From Candidatus Altimarinota bacterium (GTDB lineage: Bacteria > Patescibacteriota > Gracilibacteria > UBA1369), in the NCBI GenBank assembly GCA_963677745.1, contig OY782391.1, forward strand, positions 1,024,001 to 1,088,000: DNA of 64,000 bases. Direction: 5' to 3'. How positions within the stretch are numbered: the first letter of the stretch is position 1; every line of letters begins with the position of its first letter. This document shows, in pieces, positions 35,028 through 45,881 of the stretch. The translations under genes and the position numbers were made by a program. Below the pieces are notes generated by a model. The model was not told the origin of the DNA. It saw nothing but the letters and a program-made list of their open reading frames with translations, and did not search any database.

Positions 35028-37928
35028 TTACTTCACCTCCAGCTGAATTTTACTGAATACGGGATCAGCATTTCCGTTGCCATTCACTCCCACTACGCGC
35101 AGATACACATCTGCTTTGGCACCTGCCACCAGATTCACAAAACTACCCACCTGCAGACCTGTAGTACCGACACCGGCGGAAGGACCGGTGGCTCCGTCCA
35201 GATAATTCCAGGTGGCCTGGTCTGTTGAATACTGTACCCTCAAGACTGCGTTATTTGCTCCGGCAGTCACAACATTCACGCTCAGTCGCACAGAATTAGC
35301 ATTGGTCAAATCAATCCTTATGCGTCGGTTACTGCCGGTCAGTTCAGTTTCGGCATTGGGCATATTGGTCCAGGTAAGCGAAGTCGCATCGGCCAGGAAA
35401 GTAAATAAAACATTAAGTGGTCCTTTCCAGGTCAATACTCCGGAACCATCATTGCGCAAAAATGTATTGGCTGCTCCCTGGGCATCCGGCAAGGTATAAG
35501 TAATGTTTCCTCCCTGATCGGCCCCCTGGAAGATGGTGTAGAAAGTTGGGGTAGTGCCACCTTCCAGTATCCCCAGAGTGCCATTCAGGTATAAATTATC
35601 GGTCAGATTGAAACGGGAGTTTGCACTGTCCCAGCGCAGTCTTTCATTGAGCGTTGTTCCGAACTGCAGATATACATCTCCTACCGTGTTATCGGTATCC
35701 AGGATAAATGAATTGGAGGTGGTGCCGGTATCGGTATTTTGAGTATGGCCGGATCCGGTGGCGGTGAGGTCGATCCAGATGGCTGCTCCTGTTGAGCTGT
35801 CCTGCAGGGCCCAAACCTTTTGATTGGTCAGATTAAACCAAAGAGTTCCAATCAGATAGCCTTTGGTGTTGTCATCATTGACGCTTGGATCGGAGGTGGA
35901 CCGGACATGGTTGGATTCCATTTTTGTATAAGAGCCTGTATCGGAAACCTTGGTGGTTGCATTGGCAATAACGTTATCATCCAATATGTTGCGCTCGCAG
36001 TTGGCATTATTAATATTCACGCCGACAGTGAAGTTTTGGGGGCCGCCCCTGATCGTATTTCCCACGATTATGGCGTCATCAACGTTGCTGTTTAAACGGA
36101 AACCGCTGGCATTGGCATTATTGTTTCCCTCCACCGTGTTGTTCATCACAATGATATCGCTGGAATTTTGGGCAAACATGGCAATGGCACCGTTATTGTA
36201 GCCCATATTGCGGGCGCGGTTGGAAAAGATGGCTGAGGCCGAAACTGCCGCGAAGACATAAGAGGTTTCTGATGCTTCATTGACAATCAATTCGGAGATA
36301 ATACTGTCTGTAATCCCGTTCCCGTAGCCATAAGTTCCCGCATAGGTGGAATCACCATCAATATGCACGCCGTCCACCCAGCGGTTGGCGGGTAGATCGC
36401 GGGTCACAATACTGCGTGTAACGGTGAACCTGGAGCCGGCCGTGACCGAACCGTCAGTAAATAAAATTCCAACCCGACCTGTACTTTTAGTACCAATTGA
36501 ACTAACCGTCATATCCATGACCTTGATTTCCGAGCCTCCATTCACCTGTATTCCATGGATATTGGGGCCGACCTGAACCTGGAAGTTGTTGATGATTATA
36601 TTGGTTTGTGGAGTAGTTCCATTACTGGCACCTACCTGTATCACGGCATCATCGGTGGTAATTCCTCCTGTCCACCCGGCCGAGGGAGCAGAAAGTATTG
36701 TCCCCGGCCCCTCACCCGTAAGCTGAATATTACTGTTATTGAGGGAGATGGAATTGGTGATGGTATGGGTTCCAATCAGCAGCTTGATAACCCCTCCCTG
36801 TGCCCCCAAACTATTAATAGCACCCTGAATGTTCATACCGGGGGAAACCAGGATGGTTCGGTCAGGAACGGAAATAATAGTTCCCGTGGTCACAACATTG
36901 CTGCCTCCGATGATGGTTACCGGCCAGTCGGAAATTTTCAAGGCATTGGTAGTCAGCTGATTGATCACGGTGATCGAGGAAGTCACAAGATTCACGCCGG
37001 TAGCCGCTTGCGTAGTTACAAAAGATCCTGCGTCGGCAGCCGCCTCGGAACAGTTTTGCAAATTAACAATCGTAGTGGGGGGGGTACCTGCCGTGCTGCC
37101 CAAAACAAATTTCCCGGAATTGGTAGTAAAATTAACTTTTGTGAAAAGCACCGAGCTGGCAGAAGCAGCATTATATTTCACATTTAGACCGAAAGTTCCA
37201 CTGATCGCTCCCACAACAATATTCAGTTCTTCAAAGAATGTATCCTTGACCTGAAGTTCGCCAGCTCCGGAAAGACTGATAACGGTGATGCCATTGCCGT
37301 CAGCACCTCGCAATACAATATTTTCCAGGTTTACTTGAGTGATGACCGGATAGGTACCAGGGTCAATCCAGATTTCGCCTCCGGACAAATTGTTCAGATA
37401 GGCAGCTGCCAGTGCAATTGTCGTATAGTCACGGCCAGTGGGGCCGACAGTGACAATTCTGGTGGCATTGGCGGCAGTAATACTTCCCTGAAGTGCATGC
37501 CAAATACTACCATCCCAGGAATAGGAACCAGGCTGGCAGCTGGGACCAGTACAGCCGGGGGCCGTTGAATCGGGGTCAGTGAGTTGAACTATTCTGCCTC
37601 TACCCGCCGCACCAAGCCCTCCCGAGCCACCAGGCATAGAGGAGACATTTTCAATGCGGGCCGATTTGAACTGGTTGGAGTTCAAATTAATATCATTGGA
37701 AAATTGAAATTCCGTACCGCTCCAGCGCAGATAGGTCGAGGAACTGCCAAACTGTAGATCCCTGTTCCCGGGCGAGGATTGGTCGTAGTCAATCACATAA
37801 CTGTCATCCACCGTAACGCCTCCCGTATCGGCACCATCAAAAAGAATGGCAGCCCGCGTGACTCCAGCTGTCATAATCAGCCCTAAAGCAGACAGTAAGA
37901 TCAGCACATTTTGTATTTTTCTAACCAT
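35028..37928 (-). CDS. Secreted beta-helix (pectin-lyase-like) surface protein with tail-fibre-like segments
   Basis: Signal peptide from ATG 37928; IVTVGP..DYTTI..A, IQGAINSL..GGVIKLLIG and NN-rich coil repeats. Confidence 0.75.
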   Translation of the reverse strand: MVRKIQNVLILLSALGLIMTAGVTRAAILFDGADTGGVTVDDSYVIDYDQSSPGNRDLQFGSSSTYLRWSGTEFQFSNDINLNSNQFKSARIENVSSMPGGSGGLGAAGRGRIVQLTDPDSTAPGCTGPSCQPGSYSWDGSIWHALQGSITAANATRIVTVGPTGRDYTTIALAAAYLNNLSGGEIWIDPGTYPVITQVNLENIVLRGADGNGITVISLSGAGELQVKDTFFEELNIVVGAISGTFGLNVKYNAASASSVLFTKVNFTTNSGKFVLGSTAGTPPTTIVNLQNCSEAAADAGSFVTTQAATGVNLVTSSITVINQLTTNALKISDWPVTIIGGSNVVTTGTIISVPDRTILVSPGMNIQGAINSLGAQGGVIKLLIGTHTITNSISLNNSNIQLTGEGPGTILSAPSAGWTGGITTDDAVIQVGASNGTTPQTNIIINNFQVQVGPNIHGIQVNGGSEIKVMDMTVSSIGTKSTGRVGILFTDGSVTAGSRFTVTRSIVTRDLPANRWVDGVHIDGDSTYAGTYGYGNGITDSIISELIVNEASETSYVFAAVSASAIFSNRARNMGYNNGAIAMFAQNSSDIIVMNNTVEGNNNANASGFRLNSNVDDAIIVGNTIRGGPQNFTVGVNINNANCERNILDDNVIANATTKVSDTGSYTKMESNHVRSTSDPSVNDDNTKGYLIGTLWFNLTNQKVWALQDSSTGAAIWIDLTATGSGHTQNTDTGTTSNSFILDTDNTVGDVYLQFGTTLNERLRWDSANSRFNLTDNLYLNGTLGILEGGTTPTFYTIFQGADQGGNITYTLPDAQGAANTFLRNDGSGVLTWKGPLNVLFTFLADATSLTWTNMPNAETELTGSNRRIRIDLTNANSVRLSVNVVTAGANNAVLRVQYSTDQATWNYLDGATGPSAGVGTTGLQVGSFVNLVAGAKADVYLRVVGVNGNGNADPVFSKIQLEVK

Positions 37929-38074
37929 CAACTCGTATTTTGTTTTCAAGATTCTTCAAGCTCTCAATAAAAAATACCATAAAATTAAAGTGGTCGCTTA
38001 AAATACTATTACAAAAGTAGTTTACAGGAATGGCAAAAGATGATAAAATATTAAGATTTGTAAATAAAAGACCG

Positions 38075-38962
38075 ATGGGGGTATTTAAAAGTGTGTCTAA
38101 AATTCTGATAATTGAAGTCCTGGTATTAATTCCAGGGGCATCCTGTCTGGCCCTGGTAGATTTGGAGATGCCAACGGATGATTCCAATATCGTCCACAGC
38201 GCGCTGGATCAACTCCATAGTGCCGAAGTCAGTACCAGTGTGGAGGAAATGAAAGACGATCTCGATGGAGCGTTGGAAATTTGCACGAGTGGATCTGAAG
38301 AATGTATGACTGTTTCTGGTGATGATTTGGATAATTTTAATAATTCCAATTTGCCGGATACTATATCGATAATTCCTTTGAGAGTGTCGGAGGACTCCGT
38401 GCTATACGAATCGCTTCCCCAACTGTCTGACAGCCCGGCAACGGCTCCGGTAGATCATCTTCAAATGGAGATTTCGGGGACAGGAACAGAGTTTGCATCC
38501 ACTGCCTTTACACCCCCGGTTGATATTCCAAAAATAGAACAGGTCATTGCACCATCCGAACCTGTCAATGCAATTGAACAAAAAGTTACCGTTATTACGA
38601 ATAATCCTGCACAACATTTATCAGAACCAATTGAAACAAAGCTATCTCCGATTTTGGCAGATACTGAAAATCCCACAGTCTCGACAGATGACAGCGAAAC
38701 GGCGACTCCAACCAATCTGCCAAACACGGCGGAGGGCAACCTGTCAGACGGTTCCGCCAACGTTTTATCGTTCAATGAAAACACCAGTAATAATATTCTT
38801 CTTAGCAACAATTTCATGTACTGGGTCTTTTCCGGAATTCTGGCCTATTTTTCCGGAGTTATGATGATAATGCTGCTAGTTTGTCGTAACAACCGTCGGT
38901 CCTTGCAACGCCAAGTTAAAGTCAGAAAAAAGGCTTTTCAATACATAAAAGCAAGGCGTTGA
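38075..38962 (+). CDS. Hypothetical surface protein with C-terminal TM anchor
   Basis: N-terminal hydrophobic segment, S/T/P-rich stalk, TM helix plus basic tail. ATG 38030 falls inside a TTTACA-17-TAAAAT promoter, so 38075 is preferred. Confidence 0.7.
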   Translation: MGVFKSVSKILIIEVLVLIPGASCLALVDLEMPTDDSNIVHSALDQLHSAEVSTSVEEMKDDLDGALEICTSGSEECMTVSGDDLDNFNNSNLPDTISIIPLRVSEDSVLYESLPQLSDSPATAPVDHLQMEISGTGTEFASTAFTPPVDIPKIEQVIAPSEPVNAIEQKVTVITNNPAQHLSEPIETKLSPILADTENPTVSTDDSETATPTNLPNTAEGNLSDGSANVLSFNENTSNNILLSNNFMYWVFSGILAYFSGVMMIMLLVCRNNRRSLQRQVKVRKKAFQYIKARR

Positions 38963-38997
38963 AGTGGTAGAAAAGGTCGATTTTAAAATCTCTATAT

Positions 38998-39028
38998 AAA
39001 AAGGCGCGCCGTGCGGCGCGCCTTTTTT
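38998..39028. terminator. Bidirectional intrinsic terminator
   Basis: AAAAAGGCGCGCC-GTGC-GGCGCGCCTTTTTT between convergent genes. Confidence 0.9.
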
Positions 39029-39046
39029 GTTTCTCCGGAAAACGAT

Positions 39047-39868
39047 CTATTCTCTTTTTCTCATTAATAAATAAACCATCTCCGCCACTTCGGCTCTGGT
39101 CACTTGGGTTGCCGGGTAAATCAGCGTGGCGTCACTGTCGATAATCTGCTCGTTCAAACCTGCCTGAACGTATTTCACATACCACTGGTTCAGTTCGATG
39201 TCGGAAATCCCAGCCAATTGTTGCAGTTCCGCTGCACTGACGGTGAGGTCGCTTTTGAATCCGCGTGTGGTAATTTTCAGTGTTTCCACAACGTTGGCGG
39301 GTTTTTCGGCGCGGAACAAACCGTCCGGATAGCCGTGTACGATATCGGCATTCTTGGCGGCTTTAACATGCCTGGCCGACCAGCTTCTGGTATTGGTGTC
39401 AGGGAAAGCTTTCGGTTCGGGAGAGACTGGTACGGGTGCATCTACCGCTCTGACCACCATCGTGGTTACTTCGGCGCGTGTTGCGGCGGCATTCGGATCA
39501 AAATAACAGGGTCTTCTGCCCCCGGCTATTCCTTTATCATAAAGATAATTGATCGCCTCAGCCGACCGGTTGCCTGCAATATCCCTGAAACGGCAATTGT
39601 TGGCCTGGCTGATTAATCCTCCCGGTTCAACCTGGGCATTACCGGAATCCGAGGCACCGCTACCACCTGAACCGCCGCCCTGGATTTCGGTCAGGTAACT
39701 CCCGCTCGACGCCTCTCTCAGGAACGGTAACTTCATGGAGTTAATGGGACGCTCAGCGCCGCTATCCTGTGCGAAAACTCCGACAGGAATCATTACTCCG
39801 ATCAGTACCCCTCCCCAGAAAGCAGATCGGGCCAGAGCGCCTTTTGAAAAAAAGCTTTCTCTAGACAT
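39047..39868 (-). CDS. SLH domain protein
   Basis: Signal peptide; FRDI..., ATRAE, GYPDGLFR and VTRAEVA motifs. Confidence 0.88.
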   Translation of the reverse strand: MSRESFFSKGALARSAFWGGVLIGVMIPVGVFAQDSGAERPINSMKLPFLREASSGSYLTEIQGGGSGGSGASDSGNAQVEPGGLISQANNCRFRDIAGNRSAEAINYLYDKGIAGGRRPCYFDPNAAATRAEVTTMVVRAVDAPVPVSPEPKAFPDTNTRSWSARHVKAAKNADIVHGYPDGLFRAEKPANVVETLKITTRGFKSDLTVSAAELQQLAGISDIELNQWYVKYVQAGLNEQIIDSDATLIYPATQVTRAEVAEMVYLLMRKRE

Positions 39869-39931
39869 ATTTGGGAAATAAGGTATAAAAACGGGCTCAA
39901 TATAGCACCATTATTTCCCGATGCCAATTTT

Positions 39932-42900
39932 TTACTTCAGGGATATGTATTTTCTCAGATCATAAATCCTGACCAGAATTGTGGCGGTTTCTGCACGAGT
40001 GATAGGATCAGAAGGGCGGAAATAATCCAGACCGTCACGACCTTTGGAGCCTAGTATCAGATTATTTTCCCTGCCTGCCGACACGTATTCGAAAAACCAG
40101 TCCGCCGGAACCACATCGTGAAAATATGATTTGGCCTGATATCCCTGTTTTTTAAGTTTCTGGATATTAACCAGTATCTTGATGGCCTCGGCTCTGCTGA
40201 TGGATTTCTCAGGATAAAAATTCCCGTCCGGATAGCCGGAAACGATGCCTTTTTTAGTCGCACTGTAGACATAATTCTTGTACCAGTTGTCCGAATTCAA
40301 CGGGACGTCACCATAAGGTTGGATTTGTGCTGACTGACCGGAAAATTCTTCAATTCCCAGACAATTGGCGACCAGAGCCATTTTAAGAAATTCCGCTCTG
40401 TTGATATTCCGGTCGGGCTGAAAAGAATAACTTCCGTCACTGCCTTCATAACCGCTGATTACAAATGTTTGATTTTTGGTCTGCGCCAGAAGTTTGATTA
40501 TATCGGCGGCCTGATGGTTGGAGACATCATTGAACTCATGCAAAGGGGGTGTCTGTGAAAGACAGGAAAGAGAGGGGGGAGTGGTGTCTTCCTGTTCGGG
40601 CGTTGTCAGAAATTGCATGGCGGGAGGCAGGTTGACCGGTGCGAAACCACCGGACGAAGCGCCGCCTGCTACGGGTAAGGAAGGTCCCGCCCCGCCTCCG
40701 CCGACGGGCGCAGCAGACCCTGAAACTACAATATTACCGCTCAAGCCGGTTTTAGCTGCGGCATCGGTGGCAGATAATTTTATAATTTCGGCATTGAGAT
40801 CATAGACAAATATGGAGGCAATTCCGCCAACCAGATTGTAAACATTATTTTGACTGGTGAATCCGGGAGAATCAAAGAAATAAGCATGACCATTACTTTT
40901 TGCCGTGAAAGAACCGGCCATTTTTACCAGATTTCCATACAGATCATTGGAAGTTACTATTTCGGTCCAGCCCACTGCGGTAGTCTGGGGTGTGGTATTG
41001 GTGATTTCATAATGGTCCAAAGGAGCAACGTTTACGATTAAAGGAAGTCCGCCGTTGGGAGTTCCGCCATGCGGCTGGGAGGTGACAGTCTGATCCGTGG
41101 CATGAACAGTGGAGGTTTCTTCCTTGTAGGCCACCAGAGTGGAGGCTGACAGATCGGAGCTTCCGGCCGTAAAATTGACCAGCACCGGATTGCCGAAGGT
41201 GACCGCCTCCACGACCGGATTGTAAATACCAATCGGACTGAGACCGGAGAAGGTAAGATATTTTGAGCCTTCATATCCGCTGACTACATTGCCCTGCAGA
41301 TCATAAGCGGTCACCGTCAGTTCGTTGGTGGTACCGGCAGACATAGCCGGCAAACCGGTGATCACAAAGTAAGAGGTACAATAAGAGAGTTGTCCCAGTG
41401 ACGAACCGGAAGCCACCAGTGAGGCCGAGCCGGCGGTGGAAGCCGTTGAGTTAACCTTGGTTACGGCGGTGACGTCATTTACTTTATTGCCGGGAATGGT
41501 GCGTACAACCGCTGCTGTGACATCATTAACTGTAAGACAGCTGGGATCAAAGATATTACCGGATGCATCCGTCTTGACCACCCAGATATCGCTTTGTTTC
41601 AAACCCGGTGGAATCGGATGCCTGGAGCGGCCGGCAAAGATCATACCTCCGTCCAGAGTGGACTTCATATCATAGAACAGGTTGTTGATATTGTCCCCGA
41701 TAGCTTTGGCCAGATTAACAGTACCCAGAGCGGGGCCGGGACCGGCGTCAATTTGAAGATAAAAGCCGTCATTGTCTCCTATGCCCAAACCTTCGGTATT
41801 ACCTGCCAAATAATAGGAACTTCCGCCGTTCATGACCGTAAAAAACTCATCCGGAAAGGAAGTTGAATCTCCATAATTGAAAATCCAGTCCAGATTGCCG
41901 TTGGCATCGATTTGCATCAAGAGAGCTTCTTCATAGGCACCGGCATTGGCCACCAGATTGCGACCCGCCAGAATATATTTTCCGAGGGCTGTGGAACCGG
42001 TGATACTGTTAAAAATTGAAGACGCTGAAGTGCCCGGACCTTTGATCGGGTCATTGACCAGAATATCATAAGTGTTACTCCAAATCAGGGCACCGGCACT
42101 GTCGATTTTAAAAATCCAGCCCACATATTCGTTGTTGGGGGCAGGCGCAAATGAGTAAGTCCATCCGGCTACAATGAAGGAACCATCAGGGTTCTCATAA
42201 AGGGCATTGACCATTTCCTGGTCAGCGCCGCCGTATCGGTTTTCCCAGACGATATTACCGGAAGCATCAAGTCTCACCAGCCAGGCTTCCGACACGGGAG
42301 CCAATAAGGGGTCAATACTGGCCTGACCGATCAGCATGAGGCCTCCATCAGCCAGAATATGCATTTTCGACACCACTTCGGACGGTCCACCCAGATCAAA
42401 AGATTTTTGCCAAAGTATATTTCCGTTGCCATCCAATTTCATGGCCAGAAAATCATTGGTTCCCGAAGCGTCGGTGGCTCCGCCGACAAAAATTGATCCA
42501 TCGGAGGCTACTTTCAGGCTGTTTAGAGTGACGGAAAAAGAATCTCCATAGGAGGTTTCCCAGATCACCGTACCGTCCTGATCCAGTTTCATCACCGAAA
42601 GATTGGAAGGAATATACCCGCCTACGATAAAATTGCCGTCCGCCGCTACAGCCACAGCATTGGCTGCGTCATGTCCGCTGGAATCAAACAGTTTGCTCCA
42701 GGTTTTGAGATAGCCGGTTACGTTCAAAGCCAGACAATGGCTGGGTTCGCCAGCAATCGGGTTGCAATTGTATTTCCCGTCGGTCAGTGAAAGAGTCGCC
42801 GATTCTACTATTTGGGGGGTCAGAGTGGCCACCAGTGGGTCGGATACTCCGGCAGTGAAGTTTATCGTTTGAGGTGTGCCGATTATTGTCCCTTCCACAG

Positions 42901-44479
42901 CCGGGAATTTGATTCCATTATTGGACAGACCGGAAAAAGTAATTGTTTTTGGTCCGTTGTAGTTGGTGCGAACGCTTCCCGCCGTATCATAGGCGGTAAT
43001 AGTCAACTCATTGTTGGCGCCGGCCATGGTTGAGGCGGCCCCGGTAATTTCCAGATAACTTGTGCAATACGAAGATGTCTGCAAATAATTTAACGTCACG
43101 CTTACTCTGGTCAATGAAGCGTTATTGACGGTCAGTCCCGGATCCCCTTCATTTTTTACCGTTAATATCGCCACCAGTCCGGCATTTGTATCGATAGCGG
43201 AAGTCACGGTGGAAGTTATACAATCAGGATCATCCAAATCACCGCTATCATCAACTTTGCCGATCCAGATGTCGGATTTACCGGTCAGGGGAGTGGAAAT
43301 TCCACCTGAAAGGACAAACCCGTTGTCATTGGTGGGGGAAATGGCGTTGATATGTTCACCATTGGCGTCTCCCAGAGCTTTTTGGGCCAGTATCGCACCG
43401 TTTGCATCCAATCTCAAAAACCAGCCGTCCATGGAACCGGCTCCATAAGAAACAGTCAATCCGCCTACCACATATTCGCTGCCGGTATCCTCGAGTACAT
43501 CGTTAAAAGACTCATTCACGCCTCCTCCATACATTTTCTGCCAGATTATTCCTCCGGTTGGGTTGATTTTTACGGCCAGTCCTTTGTAGGGACTGGGATT
43601 GGGCGACGCAGTGTACCCCACAGCCAGATAATTACCGTCGGTTGTGGTTATTATTTTATCCAAAGTGTCGACATCCGTACCCCCGATTACCCGGGACCAG
43701 GTATTGGCGGTTATATCATATTTGCCGTCCTCGCCGACTCTGATTATCCAGGCATCGCCGTTTCCGGATCCGTAAGAGGTGGTATGTCCGGAAGCCACAT
43801 AGCCGTGGTCCGCTGTTTCACGGACGGATTTTAAAACATCATAATTCACGTCACCAAATTCCTGCTGCCAGAGGACGTTGCCGTTGGAATCAAGTTTAAT
43901 CATCACTGCATCAGCGCTGCCAAAAGCACCGGTCTCGGTAAAGCCTACCAGCACAAAATTATGATCATAAGTTTCAATAATGGAATAGCCGATATCTTCT
44001 TTTGCTCCGCCGATCACTTTTTGCCAGACGATGTTGGCAGAACTGTCTAGTTTGGAAACCAAAATATCATTATTTCCTGACGCATCCGTTCCCCCGACCA
44101 GTATTATGCCTCCATCGGAAGTCTCCTTGAACTCCCTGGCATAATCATTTTGTTTCCCGGCATAACCCAGAGAGTATTGCCAGACCGGTTTGCCTTCACC
44201 ATCGATTTTTTGCAGTAAAATGTTGTCGAAATAATTTCCTGCCAGCGGATCATGCCCCTGACCGACTGAATTGGTGACAGACATCACTAAAAAATTTCCG
44301 TCGGCCAGCTGTTTGGTGCTGAATGATTCGTCATTATTGGAAACTCCGGTCACATCGTTATAACCGATGAAACTCTCCAGCCAGGTAGCGGCTTGTGCTA
44401 TGGGTGCAGCAAGTGCCATATAAATTCCCAGGGAAATCATAAATAAGAATTTCCCAACCGACATTTTGGATAAAAGCAT
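39932..44479 (-). CDS. Large surface protein: two beta-propeller-like repeat blocks, Ig-like domains and C-terminal SLH domains
   Basis: Repeated KLD.xG.xxWQ..GG...D...T.DG.Y.V.G units; GYPDGNFYPEKSISRAE and FRPSDPITRAE motifs. Confidence 0.85.
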   Translation of the reverse strand: MLLSKMSVGKFLFMISLGIYMALAAPIAQAATWLESFIGYNDVTGVSNNDESFSTKQLADGNFLVMSVTNSVGQGHDPLAGNYFDNILLQKIDGEGKPVWQYSLGYAGKQNDYAREFKETSDGGIILVGGTDASGNNDILVSKLDSSANIVWQKVIGGAKEDIGYSIIETYDHNFVLVGFTETGAFGSADAVMIKLDSNGNVLWQQEFGDVNYDVLKSVRETADHGYVASGHTTSYGSGNGDAWIIRVGEDGKYDITANTWSRVIGGTDVDTLDKIITTTDGNYLAVGYTASPNPSPYKGLAVKINPTGGIIWQKMYGGGVNESFNDVLEDTGSEYVVGGLTVSYGAGSMDGWFLRLDANGAILAQKALGDANGEHINAISPTNDNGFVLSGGISTPLTGKSDIWIGKVDDSGDLDDPDCITSTVTSAIDTNAGLVAILTVKNEGDPGLTVNNASLTRVSVTLNYLQTSSYCTSYLEITGAASTMAGANNELTITAYDTAGSVRTNYNGPKTITFSGLSNNGIKFPAVEGTIIGTPQTINFTAGVSDPLVATLTPQIVESATLSLTDGKYNCNPIAGEPSHCLALNVTGYLKTWSKLFDSSGHDAANAVAVAADGNFIVGGYIPSNLSVMKLDQDGTVIWETSYGDSFSVTLNSLKVASDGSIFVGGATDASGTNDFLAMKLDGNGNILWQKSFDLGGPSEVVSKMHILADGGLMLIGQASIDPLLAPVSEAWLVRLDASGNIVWENRYGGADQEMVNALYENPDGSFIVAGWTYSFAPAPNNEYVGWIFKIDSAGALIWSNTYDILVNDPIKGPGTSASSIFNSITGSTALGKYILAGRNLVANAGAYEEALLMQIDANGNLDWIFNYGDSTSFPDEFFTVMNGGSSYYLAGNTEGLGIGDNDGFYLQIDAGPGPALGTVNLAKAIGDNINNLFYDMKSTLDGGMIFAGRSRHPIPPGLKQSDIWVVKTDASGNIFDPSCLTVNDVTAAVVRTIPGNKVNDVTAVTKVNSTASTAGSASLVASGSSLGQLSYCTSYFVITGLPAMSAGTTNELTVTAYDLQGNVVSGYEGSKYLTFSGLSPIGIYNPVVEAVTFGNPVLVNFTAGSSDLSASTLVAYKEETSTVHATDQTVTSQPHGGTPNGGLPLIVNVAPLDHYEITNTTPQTTAVGWTEIVTSNDLYGNLVKMAGSFTAKSNGHAYFFDSPGFTSQNNVYNLVGGIASIFVYDLNAEIIKLSATDAAAKTGLSGNIVVSGSAAPVGGGGAGPSLPVAGGASSGGFAPVNLPPAMQFLTTPEQEDTTPPSLSCLSQTPPLHEFNDVSNHQAADIIKLLAQTKNQTFVISGYEGSDGSYSFQPDRNINRAEFLKMALVANCLGIEEFSGQSAQIQPYGDVPLNSDNWYKNYVYSATKKGIVSGYPDGNFYPEKSISRAEAIKILVNIQKLKKQGYQAKSYFHDVVPADWFFEYVSAGRENNLILGSKGRDGLDYFRPSDPITRAETATILVRIYDLRKYISLK

Positions 44480-44583
44480 AAAACCTTTTTATTTGTATTT
44501 GCCAGTATTTTATGCGAAAAACAGGCTTTCCGCAATGCAAATTAAGCCCACAAAAATTTCGGCACAAAGTTGGAAAACTGATG

Positions 44584-45075
44584 CTAAATTACCAATTCCT
44601 GGAACATTATTCCTTCGGCCCCGAGCTTTTCACCCATCAGCCTCATCCCAACGCTTAAAGCCAGTTTCAGACTGGCCAGATTGCCGGTTTCCACCAGATA
44701 AGAAATTTTTTCCTCATGCCCGTAAGTCGATTTAAACCAGTCCAGCAAAAGGTGAACGGTTGCCTTTCCATAACCGTGGCCCTGGGCGGATTCTTTGATC
44801 CACAAACTGAACTGGGGATGAATATTCAAATCATTGATGGCGGCCACCCCCAAAAACTCCCGCGTTTCTTTGGCCAGCACGGCCATAGTCAGGGAACGGG
44901 TACTTTCATGGGACTCCCTACAGAAGTTGATCCAACTGTGAACTTCATTTGTATCGGTGAAATGATGGGAGTATCTGGCCACATTGCCGGTCTTGGCCAG
45001 GAATATTTCTTCCAGCCACTCCAGCGAGATTTTTTCCAGTAAGATTTTGTCTGATTCCAGACTTAGGGGGAGCAT
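44584..45075 (-). CDS. GNAT family N-acetyltransferase (RimJ/RimL-like)
   Basis: AQGHGYG and NLASLKLA..VG motifs. Confidence 0.88.
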   Translation of the reverse strand: MLPLSLESDKILLEKISLEWLEEIFLAKTGNVARYSHHFTDTNEVHSWINFCRESHESTRSLTMAVLAKETREFLGVAAINDLNIHPQFSLWIKESAQGHGYGKATVHLLLDWFKSTYGHEEKISYLVETGNLASLKLALSVGMRLMGEKLGAEGIMFQELVI

Positions 45076-45187
45076 TTTGTTTTGGAAACAATTAAATCTT
45101 CACATTATAGCAAAAAAACACCGAAAATCCCAGCCCCAAGCCGTTAGATATCATCTCTCGGGGAGAAAATGGTTGACGTAAATAGAT

Positions 45188-45790
45188 TTAGACGCTGAGT
45201 TTAATCAGCTCGGTTTTCTTCTGATTCTGCTTTTCCAGGACAATCAAGACGAGGCAGCCGATTACGGACATGATTCCCACCACCACAAAAGAGAATCTGA
45301 ACCCCAGAAAATCGGCCATGGCTGCTCCGGCTGAAGCCGAAATTGCCGTGCCGATACCGGTCAAAGTGGAATACAGGCTCCACTCATAACTTTCATGATT
45401 CTTGTCCAGATTGATGCTCCACAGTCCCAGCCAGGTGGGATAGGCGAGGCCGCTGCCGACGCCGTAGAGGAACTGGGCCAGATAGATAAACCAGATATTG
45501 GGTGCAAATATATAGATTACCGGCACAAAAGTGACCAGTCCCATCCCCAGAATCAGCCAATGGATTTTGTTATCGTGGCCATCCACATATTTGGAAAAGG
45601 GGAGCTGTATAAGGCTTTTGGTTACGAAGAAAATTGTGCTGGCAATACCGGCGGTGAAAATAGAGCCGCCCTCGATGCTGCCGTCGATAAAAATCGCGAT
45701 AATCGGATCGATCAGACCGAAACCGGTCAGAAAGAAGATATCGGAGAGAATCAGCAGAATAATTGTACGGTTGAGGTGAAACTTTCTCAT
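45188..45790 (-). CDS. Half-size (6-TM) MFS-fold membrane protein
   Basis: 200 aa, ~6 TM helices, PFSKYVD motif-A-like loop, QFLYGVGSG. Confidence 0.8.
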   Translation of the reverse strand: MRKFHLNRTIILLILSDIFFLTGFGLIDPIIAIFIDGSIEGGSIFTAGIASTIFFVTKSLIQLPFSKYVDGHDNKIHWLILGMGLVTFVPVIYIFAPNIWFIYLAQFLYGVGSGLAYPTWLGLWSINLDKNHESYEWSLYSTLTGIGTAISASAGAAMADFLGFRFSFVVVGIMSVIGCLVLIVLEKQNQKKTELIKLSV

Positions 45791-45881
45791 GGTGATTTCC
45801 CTTTTAAATCACCCAATTATACCATGAAAAAGCCCTTTGCCGCACCACAAAATGGGGAATTAGCCGGTTTGAATGGCCACT

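Noticed and set aside
37714-37724. 11-nt match GTACCGCTCCA to the tRNA-Gly 3' end, a possible attR
   Set aside because: It lies inside the intact 35028-37928 ORF and no integrase is nearby; likely chance.
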